DNA from: Cenarchaeum sp.
Lineage (GTDB): Archaea; Thermoproteota; Nitrososphaeria; Nitrososphaerales; Nitrosopumilaceae
DNA length: 64,000 nucleotides
Assembly (NCBI GenBank): GCA_963693095.2
Contig: OY843768.1
Span: forward strand, 992,001 to 1,056,000
Direction: 5' to 3'
The notes under the pieces were generated by a model. That model was given only the letters and a program-made list of their open reading frames with translations. It made no database searches and was not told the DNA's origin. Below, one piece after another: positions 48,203-58,693 of the stretch. The translations under genes and the position numbers were made by a program. Position 1 is the stretch's first letter. Each line of letters opens with the position of its first letter.

Positions 48203-50026
48203 TTATTTATCTAATTTCTTACGAATCGGATTTAAATCGATTTCTTTAGTGATTATATCTATAAGACGATTATGGCGTTTGAGTATTTCGTCGACATTCC
48301 AGATTGGAATTTCAGTTAATTCTTTTGTTATTTTATAAGTTGGTGATTTGCCATATACAATTTTTTTGTCTTCAAATGATTTTTTGCCAGCATCAACATT
48401 ATATTCATGAGCTAAAAGAGTTTGATTACCAATTAATCTATAATGCTTGGTATGAATAATATTAATAATTTGTTTAGGGGATTTGCCAGCAATTTCTTTG
48501 TTGTGGGTAAGAATATAGTCGTTCCAGAGATCATGATCTTTAGGCATTATATGTTCGACGGTTGTGCCAACACGACTTATTTTGTCAGACTTTTCGTATT
48601 CAACTTCCTCTAAGAGGACCTGAGCTTGACGGCCACGTGCAAAATCTTTAGTGTACAAAACACCTTTTATCGCTTCGTCATCAGGATATTCATTACCGAT
48701 TAATATCTTGTCAGAGATTATTTTACCCAATGAAACACCTTTATAAATATCACAAATAACACCATATAATTTACGTTCATAATTTTTGGTTTCAAATATA
48801 CGTGTTATAACCATAACCCTGACATGATACTTAAAACATAGCGTGACTAAATCTTCAAAGGTTTCATGATCTTTGCGCTTCCAATATTTTTCATAACCTG
48901 CCAAAAGGACAGGATACACATAGATGGCGCCCATATCGTTAATTTTTTTAAGATAGTAAATGGTGTTCGGGCTATTTTGAAAGTGAATCGGATCAGCTGT
49001 TCAAATTTTTTCAAATACCTTTGACCAGGACGATAATTCATCTATTATCGTATCAGGCATCATGCCAGAGTTTATCAATTTTTTGAACCCATTAGGGATT
49101 AGCTTGAGGTGCGGGACAGTTTTGGGACGATATTTATTTAAAAGTAGGTAATGGTTTAGAAATTTGTCAAGCTTGTAATTAGAGCCATTATAACTAGTCA
49201 CATTGTCAACTATGCCCTTCCATTCACGATCATAACGCTTTGTAATCTTATCTCCATCTGTGTTTTGTTCTATCATGCTCAGCAGATATGCCTTAACATG
49301 ATCAGCCGGATTAAGTTTTATTCCACGGTTGTTGATTAATTCAAACATACGATATATGTCTGTATGGCGAGCATAAGAAATGTGATAAACGAAGAATTTA
49401 TTCAAGACATTATTAATATATTCATAGGCCTGATCAATGTCATGTTCGTCCTTATGAGGAAGTTTTGCCACATGGAGGCGAATTTTAGTATACGCAGATA
49501 TTAGCCTCATGTTAGATTTGTTGCTATACTTTGGCTTGAGATCAGTTGCGGTATGTCCAACATTACGTTTAGGTCTAGGTTCTGGTTCAAAAGGAATAGA
49601 TATGAGCATCTCGTGAAAAAGATCTTTGTCGGTTTGGCTCAGAGTCAAGATAGGGGCAGAGCCGTTAATAGTCGATTTGTCGTCAATATGCAAGATTCGA
49701 CTAAGAGTTTTCAAATATTTTTGAGCGTTATTGTATTTTTTATGTTTATCAAAAAAGTTTCTGGCACAGATCAGCAATAATAACGCAGTGGTTAGGCGTT
49801 GTTGACCATCAATTATCGTGGTAGGTTGAGCAGAGTCGTTGTTTGTGGTGATAATCAGTCCGAATGGATGTTCTTCATCATTGCGAACTTTATCCAAATC
49901 ATCAAGAAAGTCAGCCACATGTTTTGGTTTCCATGAATAGCCACGTTGCTGGGAGGGGATGACATAGTGTGTGTTAGATCTAAGCACTTTTTTCAAGGGT
50001 TGCTTGTCCACAAGAAAACGACTCAC
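48203..50026 (-). pseudogene. DUF262 + DUF1524 (SspE/GmrSD-like) nuclease interrupted by one in-frame TGA at 49001-49003
   Basis: The N-part has IPSQQRGYSW, IIDGQQRLTT and FELINNRG; the C-part has TVEHIMPK, IGNQTLL...N and F..KK..Y. The two ORFs share a frame with 22 open codons between them. Confidence 0.8.
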
Positions 50027-50457
50027 TAGCCAGTAATTAAACTTAATCTGCTGCCTAGCCAGGCAGAGGAGTGCAGGCCAATAGCTCGATAGGCGGAAAT
50101 CTGACTAGACGCGATCTAGTAGCGGAACACACCGATGGGAAATTCTAGCACCACATCAGGCAATATGAAGGGCAGGTTACAGAAAAGGCCATGTAGTCAA
50201 TATCCGTCATGAGGCTAGATGACATGGGGTAAACAGAACAAAATCAGCCACATGGTATGGCAAGTGCTCCAATCAGCTCATTTGGCTGGCATAGGAGGCA
50301 TCACTGGCCACAGTCTGAGACCTTCCGGCCGCAGATCAACCCCCCGGCACGCACTGTGGGTGAAAACAACATCAATAATGGGTTGATCGCAGGCACAACC
50401 AAATTGATTTAAACTCCCACCCCCTCGTGGGGGCATGGCAGGCCAGGAGTTGATCGC

Positions 50458-51297
50458 ATGACGCGCCACGTGTGCGGCATATCGGGCGGCAAGGACTCTA
50501 GCGCGCTGGCCGTCTACATGAGGGACAAGGTTCCGGACATGGAATACTTCTTTTGTGACACGGGGGCCGAGCTTCCCGAGACGTATGCGTACATCAACAA
50601 GCTAGAGGTCGTCCTCGGCAAAAAGATTGCCCGCCTCAACTCTAGCCGCGGGTTTGACCACTATTTCGAGGTCTTCAAGGGATGCCTGCCGTCCCCGCAG
50701 ATGAGGTGGTGCACAAAGCTCCTAAAGATAAAGCCGCTCGAGGAGTGGCTCGGCGATGACGAGTCCGTCTCATATGTCGCCATACGCGCCGACGAAAAGA
50801 ACCGCAAGGGGCACGTGTCATCTAGACCCAACATAACTACCCAGTACCCGTTCATCGACGATGACATTGACCTCGATGGCGTGAACCGCATACTCGAGGA
50901 GGCCGGCATTGGCCTGCCCGACTATTACAAGTGGCGCACGCGCTCGGGCTGCTACTTTTGCTTTTTCCAGCGCAAGGCTGAATGGGTCGGCCTGCAGCAA
51001 CACCACCCAGAGCTCTTCAAGCAGGCAGTCGCAATCGAGAACAAGGTCCTAAAGGACGCAGGCGCCAATGGTGATGCGTCATTTGCCGATCACGCAATGG
51101 AGGGCAGGCAGTACACGTGGTCGCAGGGAGAGACACTCATACAGCTAGTCAGCCGAAAGGACCAGATACTAGAGAACCACAAGGCCGCAATGGAGCGCTC
51201 CAAGGGAAAAAGGAAAAACCTGCCGCTAGTGGACGTCTTAGGCGGAGCGCTAGACGACGAGGAGGACACAAAGGCATGCACAATGTGCCATCTATAG
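50458..51297 (+). CDS. sspD: PAPS-reductase-family protein of the Ssp phosphorothioation module
   Basis: SGGKDS PP-loop, DTGAELPET, RWCT..LKIKP, RSGCYFC; adjacent to the desulfurase and DUF4007 genes. Confidence 0.85.
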   Translation: MTRHVCGISGGKDSSALAVYMRDKVPDMEYFFCDTGAELPETYAYINKLEVVLGKKIARLNSSRGFDHYFEVFKGCLPSPQMRWCTKLLKIKPLEEWLGDDESVSYVAIRADEKNRKGHVSSRPNITTQYPFIDDDIDLDGVNRILEEAGIGLPDYYKWRTRSGCYFCFFQRKAEWVGLQQHHPELFKQAVAIENKVLKDAGANGDASFADHAMEGRQYTWSQGETLIQLVSRKDQILENHKAAMERSKGKRKNLPLVDVLGGALDDEEDTKACTMCHL

Positions 51298-51336
51298 TGT
51301 GGTCAACGACCCACCTGCGTTCAAGCGGAGGGCGAC

Positions 51337-52563
51337 ATGGAAGATAACAACGGTCGTGCTGGCACACACGGTTCGGGCAATGTCACGTACATGGACTATA
51401 ACTCTACTACTCCCGTGGATCCACGCGTCATTAGGGAGATGGAGCCGCTGTTCAGCACATGGTATGGCAACCCGTCAAGTGAGTATCACCGATATGGCCG
51501 GGACGCAGTGGCTAGGGCAGAGCGCGCACGCGCGCAAGTTGCCGAGCTTGTCGGCATGGGTTCACCCGATGTCATATTCACGTCAGGCGCCACAGAGGCC
51601 AACAACCTTGCGCTTCGGGGAATGGCCGAGGGGGCCGGAAGGCGCATTCGCATACTAGTCGGCGCCGCAGAGCACAAGTCCGTCCTAGAGGCAGCCGATG
51701 GCCTAGCCGAGCTCGGCCTAGCCACCACAGGCAGCGTGCCGGTGGGCAGTGACGGCGTCACTGACTGCGACGCCCTAGCCAACGCGCTCTCCGGGGACAA
51801 GGTCGACCTAGTCTCGATCATGGGAGCCAACAGCGAGACAGGCGTCGTGCAGCCGATCGGGCAGATCGCCGAGATTGTCCACGCGGCAGGCGCGATATAC
51901 CACTGCGACATGACTCAGGGGGTCGGCCGCATCCCCTTTGGCGCCTCTGGGCTAGGCGTTGACATGGTCTCGCTGAGCAGCCACAAGTTATACGGGCCCA
52001 AGGGGTGCGGCGCGCTCGTGGCGAGCAGGGAAGTGCGCAAGAGGCTGCGCGCAACGATGCGCGGTGGCGGCCAGGAAAACGACCTGCGCAGCGGAACGCT
52101 CAACGTGCCCGGCATCGTGGGGTTTGGCAAGGCATGCGAGATCGCCTCCAAGGACGGGCTTGCCGATGCCCCCCGGCAGCAGGCGCTCAGGGACGCACTA
52201 GAGGAGAGGCTCACGTCCAGGATTTCCGGGACGAGCGTGAACGGTGCTGATGCCCCACGCCTGCCCAACACGTCAAACGTGAGGTTTGAGGGCGTGTCTG
52301 CGATGGCAATGATCGCAAACGTGCCGTCACTGGCAATCTCGTCCGGAAGCGCGTGCTCGGCGTCCACGGTCTCCCCCTCGCACGTTCTGCTGGCCATGGG
52401 AATGGGCGACGAGGCGGCCGACGAGTCGCTCAGGTTCTCCATTGGCCGTCCGACAGTGGAGGCTGACATTGACGCCGCAATAGGCCAGGTTGTCGCCGCA
52501 GTCGAGCGCATAAGGGGCATGACAGAGAATGCCATGACAGTGGGTGAAGGACATGCACATTGA
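51337..52563 (+). CDS. sspA: cysteine desulfurase (IscS/DndA/SspA type)
   Basis: YMDYNSTTP, GNPSS, SGATEANN, SSHKLYGPKG (PLP Lys), RSGT, SSGSACS (catalytic Cys). Confidence 0.9.
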   Translation: MEDNNGRAGTHGSGNVTYMDYNSTTPVDPRVIREMEPLFSTWYGNPSSEYHRYGRDAVARAERARAQVAELVGMGSPDVIFTSGATEANNLALRGMAEGAGRRIRILVGAAEHKSVLEAADGLAELGLATTGSVPVGSDGVTDCDALANALSGDKVDLVSIMGANSETGVVQPIGQIAEIVHAAGAIYHCDMTQGVGRIPFGASGLGVDMVSLSSHKLYGPKGCGALVASREVRKRLRATMRGGGQENDLRSGTLNVPGIVGFGKACEIASKDGLADAPRQQALRDALEERLTSRISGTSVNGADAPRLPNTSNVRFEGVSAMAMIANVPSLAISSGSACSASTVSPSHVLLAMGMGDEAADESLRFSIGRPTVEADIDAAIGQVVAAVERIRGMTENAMTVGEGHAH

Positions 52564-53551
52564 GCAGGCGGTTCCAAATCCGGGGTTTGCGCGGCACGAG
52601 ACGTTTCACCTCCGCTTTGGGTGGCTCAAGAAATGCTATGACGGGACGAGTCAGGACGAGCGCGTGTTCCAGAGTGAGGACGCCCTAGTCAGGCTAGGCG
52701 TCGGAAAGAACATGGTTCGCGCCATTCGCTTTTGGGGCATCGCCGCAAAGATCATACGGCAAAAGGTCGAGCCCGGCGAGGAGAGCAGGCGCGGGAGCCA
52801 GGAGGTCGAGGTCACCGAGATGGGACGCAGGATATTTGACGGCAAGACCGGCCTGGATCCGTACCTCGAGCGCCCCGAGACGCTGTGGCTGCTCCACTGG
52901 CTAATCTACGCCCCGCCGTCGTCAATCCCCGCATGGTGGGTGATCATGAACGACCTAAGTGCGGTGAGGGTGCCTGTGGGCGAGCTTCCCGGATATGTGC
53001 GCGGCAAGGTGAGCACCGTGGACACGTGGGCAATACCCAACGAAACCTCGATCAAAAAGGACACGGACGCGTTTGTGCACACGTACGCCTCAAAACGCGA
53101 CAATATCGGGGACATGGAGGATTACATGGACTGCCCGTTTCGCGCGTTGCGCATAGTAAAGGCCGACACTTCGGCAAAGTCCACCATACAGTTCTCCATC
53201 GGCATAAAGCCTGGCATGAGCGCAGACATTGTTGCATATATCTGCCTAGACTTTTTGAATCGTCTTAGAACGGAGAGCCGAACCGTGTCGGTGAACTATT
53301 TGACAACCGAGCCTGGGGGGCCTGGTCACGTGCTAAAGCTTGATGAGCCAAGCCTCACAAAACTGCTGACCGAGGCGTCTAAAGTCAGTGGACGATCCAT
53401 CAAGGTGTACGATGTCAACGGCGTCGCACACATATCATTCCCAAAAGACATAATGAAAGAGGCCACGCAGATACTAGAGCAGATATACGCCACAGACAAG
53501 ACACGGGTTCGGCGCAAGGCACCCAAGGTCGTGATGAGGGCACGCAAATGA
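52544..53551 (+). CDS. sspB: DUF4007 protein (SspB nickase-like)
   Basis: FARHETFHLRFGWLKK, LGVGKNMVRAIRFW, DPYLE...TLWLLHW; overlaps the sspA stop. Confidence 0.88.
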   Translation: MKDMHIEQAVPNPGFARHETFHLRFGWLKKCYDGTSQDERVFQSEDALVRLGVGKNMVRAIRFWGIAAKIIRQKVEPGEESRRGSQEVEVTEMGRRIFDGKTGLDPYLERPETLWLLHWLIYAPPSSIPAWWVIMNDLSAVRVPVGELPGYVRGKVSTVDTWAIPNETSIKKDTDAFVHTYASKRDNIGDMEDYMDCPFRALRIVKADTSAKSTIQFSIGIKPGMSADIVAYICLDFLNRLRTESRTVSVNYLTTEPGGPGHVLKLDEPSLTKLLTEASKVSGRSIKVYDVNGVAHISFPKDIMKEATQILEQIYATDKTRVRRKAPKVVMRARK

Positions 53552-56500
53552 CACGCGAACGGCCACCAATGGCAAAAGTATCCAAAAAGGCAAAGGTCAA
53601 GACAAAGGGCAGACAAGGCACGGTGAAAAAGCCAGTTCAGCGAAGCGAACCGTTGACTAGGCTAGTCACGCCTGTTGACTCGTTTGTGCGCTCGACGAAC
53701 ATAGAGAGAGACAGGGCAGGATCAGAGTCCCTTGGGACATACATTGCAGACGCCTCAGTCCTAGACACGGTTCATCGGGTGTCTGCCTCCATGGAGTCAG
53801 GCGGAAGGGCATTTTCCGTGACAGGCCCGTACGGGTCTGGCAAGTCAACACTAGCCGTGTTTCTCAACGGCCTAGTCGCCCCGTCAGCCGATCCTGACTG
53901 GAAGTATGCGCATCGCCTGCTGCAGGGCATCGCGCCTGCCATGTCCAGGCAGATCGTCGCCGGACGCAAGCACCTCAAGGCTCACAGGGGCGGGTTTGTC
54001 AGGTGCTTTGTGGTGTCAAGCCGCGAGCCGGTGGTCGTGACCGTCGTGAGGGCACTAGAGCACGGAGTAAAGGAGCACTTTGGCCCAAAATACTCCAACA
54101 GGGACTTTGCCACGGCTAGCCAGCTGCGGCGCGTGTGTGACGATATACGCCGGACGGGCAAGGCAGGGCTGTCAGGCACGTCCCACGCAGGCGCAGTCAT
54201 GGAGATAATCAGGGACATATGCGCCAAGACGCCCATCATGATCGTGATTGACGAGTTTGGCAAAAACCTCGAATACTTTGCAGAGAGCAAGTCCGGAGAC
54301 GGCGACCTGTTCCTCCTGCAGACCATGGCCGAGGCCGGTGCCGGAAAGAATGGCATTGCGCTGTTTATGATCACCATGCAGCACATGGCATTTGAGGAGT
54401 ATGGTGTGGGAATATCGGCTGCGCACAGGAGGGAGTGGGCAAAGGTGCAGGGGAGGTTTGATGACATTCCATTCTCAAACTCGGCAGGGCAGACAAGGCT
54501 CCTAGTTGGCAAAGCACTCCGTGTCACCAATAATCTAAAGCGTCAAAGGACAGTAGGAAAATGGGCAAGAGATCACAGAAGGGTATTGCATAACCTAGGC
54601 TTAGACAGAGATCTTAGTGAAGAGGTGTTAACATCATGCTACCCACTCCACCCGCTAGCCCTGCTCGTTCTGCCAGAGCTGTGCGCCAGGTACGGGCAAC
54701 ATGAGCGAACCCTAATGTCATTTGTCGCCGGAAGTGGAAAGAATGCAGTTCCCGCATTCATAGACAATGAAACTTGGTCAGGAAACAAACTCCCTTCCAT
54801 GGACATAGAGTCCCTGTATGACTATTTTGTGTCTAGCCACCAGTCGACCAGTTCAGCGTCTGCGGCAAACGTGACGCGTCTCATGGAGATCACATCAATA
54901 ATACGTGACTCGTATGGACTTTCCAGGCAGGCGATAAAGACGCTCAAGACGATCGGGGTGCTAAACCTAATCTCGACATCAGGTCCCCTGCGTGCCTCCA
55001 AGGGCGTCATAGAGTATGCCATTGGCACGCATATTGAGGAGGCCATCGAAGAGCTAGAGGCAGGGTCGCTCATAACATATCGTCCATACGCAGACGAGTA
55101 CAGGATATGGCGCGGAACTGACGTGGACATACAGGCCTCAATAGATGTTCTATCCAAGCACTATTCCGGCGTGCCCCTAGCCCACACGCTAGAGCGTATA
55201 GCGCCGCTAGACCCCGTCATAGCCGCACGGCATGGAATCCGAACAGGGACGATGAGAATGTTTGAAAGGAGGTTTTTTGGGCAAAAGGAGGGCGAGGTTG
55301 ACGTGTCGAGGCAGGACTATGACGGCATTGTCCTGTACTCTACAGAAAAGGATGGCAGTCTGCCAAGGATCAGCACCGGCACAAAACCGGTAATTCTCGT
55401 AAGGCCCGCATCTAGCACACACGAGATAAGCGGAGTTGCGCTAGAGACTGCCTCCATAATGGAGATGCTTGAGTCTGATGAATCCATAAAGGGCGACTGG
55501 GTGGCAAGACGCGAGCTTTGGAGTCGCATGAGCCATGGCATTACCACAATCGAGTCCTGGCTTGAGCACGCATACGGAAACGATGCAGAGTGGTGGCTGT
55601 ATAACGGGACAAAACCCCACAGGATTGACGAGGCAGGCGGGGCAGCAGTGTCATCTGCAGCAGACATTGCGTATCCAGGAACACCGTACATTCACAATGA
55701 GATGATCAACCGCACAAAGCTGTCCATGCAGGCATCACGCGCCCGCCTCATGCTAATCAACGCGATGATCAGAGACCACACAAAGAAAAACCTTGGGATA
55801 GAAGGATGGGGGCCGGAACGCGCAATGTACGAAGCCGTGTTAAAAAAGACTGGACTGCACAAGCGCAATGGCAAAGTATGGAAGATTGCAGCGCCAACGC
55901 AAGATATACTAGCCGCATGGGAGTCAGTAAGCAAGTCAATTGAGCGTTCACAAAAACATCGCGTGAATGTGGGAGAAGTATATGCGGCATTGCAAACACC
56001 TCCCATAGGTGGAAAAGGCGGCATGGCACCCGTTCTCCTGTCAGCTGCGCTAATCATCAAGAGTGGAGACGTGGCGCTATACGAACACGGGACATACTGT
56101 CCAAACATTGCACCAGAAGTGGTGGAACGACTGCTAAAGAACCCCACACATTTTGAGATAAAGCACTTTGCTAGCAAGACAAAACTCAAAGCAAATGTGA
56201 TCCAAAACGTTGGCAAAGAACTAGGAATAAAAAATCCAAGCCTGCTGGGAATAGTAAGCTCGCTCGTAAAGACTCTGAGTGGGTTGCCAAAATACACAAA
56301 GACAACAAAAATGCTCGAAAAGCACGACCTGATGGTCAGAAACGCAATACTCACGGCCACAGAGCCCGACGTTATGCTGTTTGAAGCGCTCCCCAAGGCA
56401 CTAGGACTAGGACTAGAACTGTCAGGGAGATCAGCCTCAAATAGAGTCGTTAGCGAGTTTGCGCACAACCTAGCTATGTCAATCAAGTCAATAGAGCTGT

Positions 56501-57030
56501 TTTATCCGCGCACGCTAAAAATGCTGCAGAGTAGCCTGCTCAAGGCAACACAGACAAAAGAACGACAGCGCCTAGAGGCCATAGCAGCATCGCTATCGAA
56601 AAGGACAACTGCTGCAGATCCCAAAATGCGAACATTCCTGAACGCCATAACAACAAGCACTCTAGAGACTGAAGACTGGATCGAGTATGTAGCAATGATT
56701 ATGACGGATGCTCCAATGAGTGAATGGAATGACGACATGTACGAGTTATTCCATGCCAATTTACAAGAGATAGCAGGCAGGTTTTCGCGCCTAGTCGCCC
56801 TAAACTTTGAAAAGACGTCAAAACACATGAGCACAGATCCATCATTGTACAGAGTCACGGTTACAAACCAAGACGGAACGGAAAATACCAACATAGCGTC
56901 AATAAACAAGCGACAGGAAAAGAACGTAAATGAGATCGTTGAACGTATGATCGACGTAATCCAAAAAAACAGAGGAGAACGTCCACAGATCGTTTTAGCA
57001 TTAATTGCGTCATTAGCGAAGAAGTTATAA
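53548..57030 (+). CDS. sspC: large P-loop ATPase (SspC-like)
   Basis: GPYGSGKS Walker A, IVIDEFGKNLE Walker B, EWAKVQGRF, YPLHP, GQHERTL; ATGA-coupled to sspB; 1160 aa. Confidence 0.85.
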   Translation: MTRERPPMAKVSKKAKVKTKGRQGTVKKPVQRSEPLTRLVTPVDSFVRSTNIERDRAGSESLGTYIADASVLDTVHRVSASMESGGRAFSVTGPYGSGKSTLAVFLNGLVAPSADPDWKYAHRLLQGIAPAMSRQIVAGRKHLKAHRGGFVRCFVVSSREPVVVTVVRALEHGVKEHFGPKYSNRDFATASQLRRVCDDIRRTGKAGLSGTSHAGAVMEIIRDICAKTPIMIVIDEFGKNLEYFAESKSGDGDLFLLQTMAEAGAGKNGIALFMITMQHMAFEEYGVGISAAHRREWAKVQGRFDDIPFSNSAGQTRLLVGKALRVTNNLKRQRTVGKWARDHRRVLHNLGLDRDLSEEVLTSCYPLHPLALLVLPELCARYGQHERTLMSFVAGSGKNAVPAFIDNETWSGNKLPSMDIESLYDYFVSSHQSTSSASAANVTRLMEITSIIRDSYGLSRQAIKTLKTIGVLNLISTSGPLRASKGVIEYAIGTHIEEAIEELEAGSLITYRPYADEYRIWRGTDVDIQASIDVLSKHYSGVPLAHTLERIAPLDPVIAARHGIRTGTMRMFERRFFGQKEGEVDVSRQDYDGIVLYSTEKDGSLPRISTGTKPVILVRPASSTHEISGVALETASIMEMLESDESIKGDWVARRELWSRMSHGITTIESWLEHAYGNDAEWWLYNGTKPHRIDEAGGAAVSSAADIAYPGTPYIHNEMINRTKLSMQASRARLMLINAMIRDHTKKNLGIEGWGPERAMYEAVLKKTGLHKRNGKVWKIAAPTQDILAAWESVSKSIERSQKHRVNVGEVYAALQTPPIGGKGGMAPVLLSAALIIKSGDVALYEHGTYCPNIAPEVVERLLKNPTHFEIKHFASKTKLKANVIQNVGKELGIKNPSLLGIVSSLVKTLSGLPKYTKTTKMLEKHDLMVRNAILTATEPDVMLFEALPKALGLGLELSGRSASNRVVSEFAHNLAMSIKSIELFYPRTLKMLQSSLLKATQTKERQRLEAIAASLSKRTTAADPKMRTFLNAITTSTLETEDWIEYVAMIMTDAPMSEWNDDMYELFHANLQEIAGRFSRLVALNFEKTSKHMSTDPSLYRVTVTNQDGTENTNIASINKRQEKNVNEIVERMIDVIQKNRGERPQIVLALIASLAKKL

Positions 57031-57070
57031 CTACGTCACTAGATATAGACTGTGCGCGGCACCAACATGA

Positions 57071-58693
57071 TCAAGTGTCCCAGTAGGCTGAAAAATATTC
57101 ATACACATCGTCCAATCCACCATATTCAGTAATGATATTGTCCACAACGTCAATAAGCTGAAATTCTTCTGTCCCGCCTAGTTCTAATCCTCGCATACCT
57201 CTTCCAATCATTTGGCCATAAACCACCACAGATGTAGTTGGTCTAGCAATAACCACAGCATCGATATTTGGAGCGTCAAAACCAGTGGTGAATATATCAT
57301 AATTAAATATGAATTGAATGTCCCCATTTTTAAATTTGTTGATCACATCGTGTCTGTAGTTATGTGGCGTACTACCATCAACATGAATAGCGGATTTTCC
57401 CAGAGCAATCAATAATCCGCACAAGAGTTTTGATTGGCGGACACTTGCATTGAAAACGATTATGTGTTTGCAAGATTCAGATAGCTCCAGTAATTTTTGG
57501 ACAATTTTTAAATTACGTGGCACGTCATCAGCGATTTTTTTTAGTACTGAATCTGGATATTCATGATTAAAACTTTTTTGAATTTGATTCCATTCATCTT
57601 TAGTTAAATAAAATTTACGTTTTGTTTGTAATGGTTTTCGTATACACCTAGAAAGAATATTTTTATCTTGGAGATAAGAAATTGGACTTTGAACACCAGA
57701 GTCAATTGTGATGATTTGATTATCAAAAAAATCAGCCAGCTTGTCTGAATGTTTTGTTCGCCCAGGGGTTGCAGAAAGACCAATAATCTTAGTTTGTTTA
57801 TAAAATATATCACAAAGGGCTTTTATAATTTTTTGGTAAGTTGGTGCCAAAGCATTGTGTGCTTCGTCAGCAACTATTAGATCAGCTTTTAATGATAGTT
57901 GTTCGTTAAAAAGTGGATTACGAATTTTTTGATACATGGCGATAATTAATTGTGAGTGATCAAAGTCGAGATCAGGGATAGGGTGTTTCCCCCAAAGTCT
58001 AGAAATAGTGAGATCGCACTTAGCAACATGAGGCCAGATTGCAAGAAACGTATCGTATGCTTGTTCGCACAGTTCAGAGCGGTCGGCAAGCCAAACAACA
58101 GTTCTAGATTTGTTTGAATTTAAAAATGATGATACGATCTCCATGGCTACCCTAGTCTTACCTGATCCAGTGGGCATTTGAACAACAATTTTTGAATTTG
58201 GGTATTCAGCGTACTGCCGAGCTTTAAAATATACATAAGCCTGGTAATCTTTTAGAGTAGTATAGGTATGAATTGATTTAGGTATGAAATTTGCAGCTGG
58301 CACAGGTTTAACGCTATGTGGAATTAAATAATCAGGATATTGAAAGGCACTTACAAATGATTTAGTTATATCGTTATTAGACCAAACAAACCTAGATGAA
58401 CGTTTTCGAAATTCAACATCATCAATATCGGCATTGGTGTACGATATGTTTGATTTTTGTACAAAATCCAAAAATTGTGAAGAGGGAGCATATTTGAGCA
58501 AATTAGAACGAAACTGATGATTTGAATATTGATCAATATTCAGTGCGTGGTGTAATTGTCCAAGAAGATCTTTATCGTGCCGAAGCGGCAAATCAATGTC
58601 AGGGTCAATTGATTTTAATAGCAACTCCCATGAATCAATAAAAGGATCAAGGTTTTCATATAGTTGATCAAATGGGAGGTGTTGATTCAGCAT
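57071..58693 (-). CDS. SF2 DEAH helicase (ResIII/type III restriction-like), no evident nuclease domain
   Basis: LKDYQ, MPTGSGKT, ADEAH, SATP, TTGFDAP, QMIGRG.RG; AT-rich. Confidence 0.88.
   Translation of the reverse strand: MLNQHLPFDQLYENLDPFIDSWELLLKSIDPDIDLPLRHDKDLLGQLHHALNIDQYSNHQFRSNLLKYAPSSQFLDFVQKSNISYTNADIDDVEFRKRSSRFVWSNNDITKSFVSAFQYPDYLIPHSVKPVPAANFIPKSIHTYTTLKDYQAYVYFKARQYAEYPNSKIVVQMPTGSGKTRVAMEIVSSFLNSNKSRTVVWLADRSELCEQAYDTFLAIWPHVAKCDLTISRLWGKHPIPDLDFDHSQLIIAMYQKIRNPLFNEQLSLKADLIVADEAHNALAPTYQKIIKALCDIFYKQTKIIGLSATPGRTKHSDKLADFFDNQIITIDSGVQSPISYLQDKNILSRCIRKPLQTKRKFYLTKDEWNQIQKSFNHEYPDSVLKKIADDVPRNLKIVQKLLELSESCKHIIVFNASVRQSKLLCGLLIALGKSAIHVDGSTPHNYRHDVINKFKNGDIQFIFNYDIFTTGFDAPNIDAVVIARPTTSVVVYGQMIGRGMRGLELGGTEEFQLIDVVDNIITEYGGLDDVYEYFSAYWDT

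Noticed and set aside
48040-48338. AT-rich plus-strand ORF fragment
   Set aside because: Short, overlaps the DUF1524 3' end and has no recognisable motif; probably debris.
49001-49003. Selenocysteine recoding of the in-frame TGA
   Set aside because: The codon lies in an inter-domain region with no Cys-type catalytic context, and no SECIS or sel genes are visible; a nonsense mutation or error is simpler.
50458-57030. BREX type 4 or Dnd system, or housekeeping cysH/iscS
   Set aside because: No pglZ, brxL or dndB/D/E is present; the stand-alone DUF4007 + large ATPase + short PAPS-reductase set fits Ssp, and the island context argues against sulfate assimilation.
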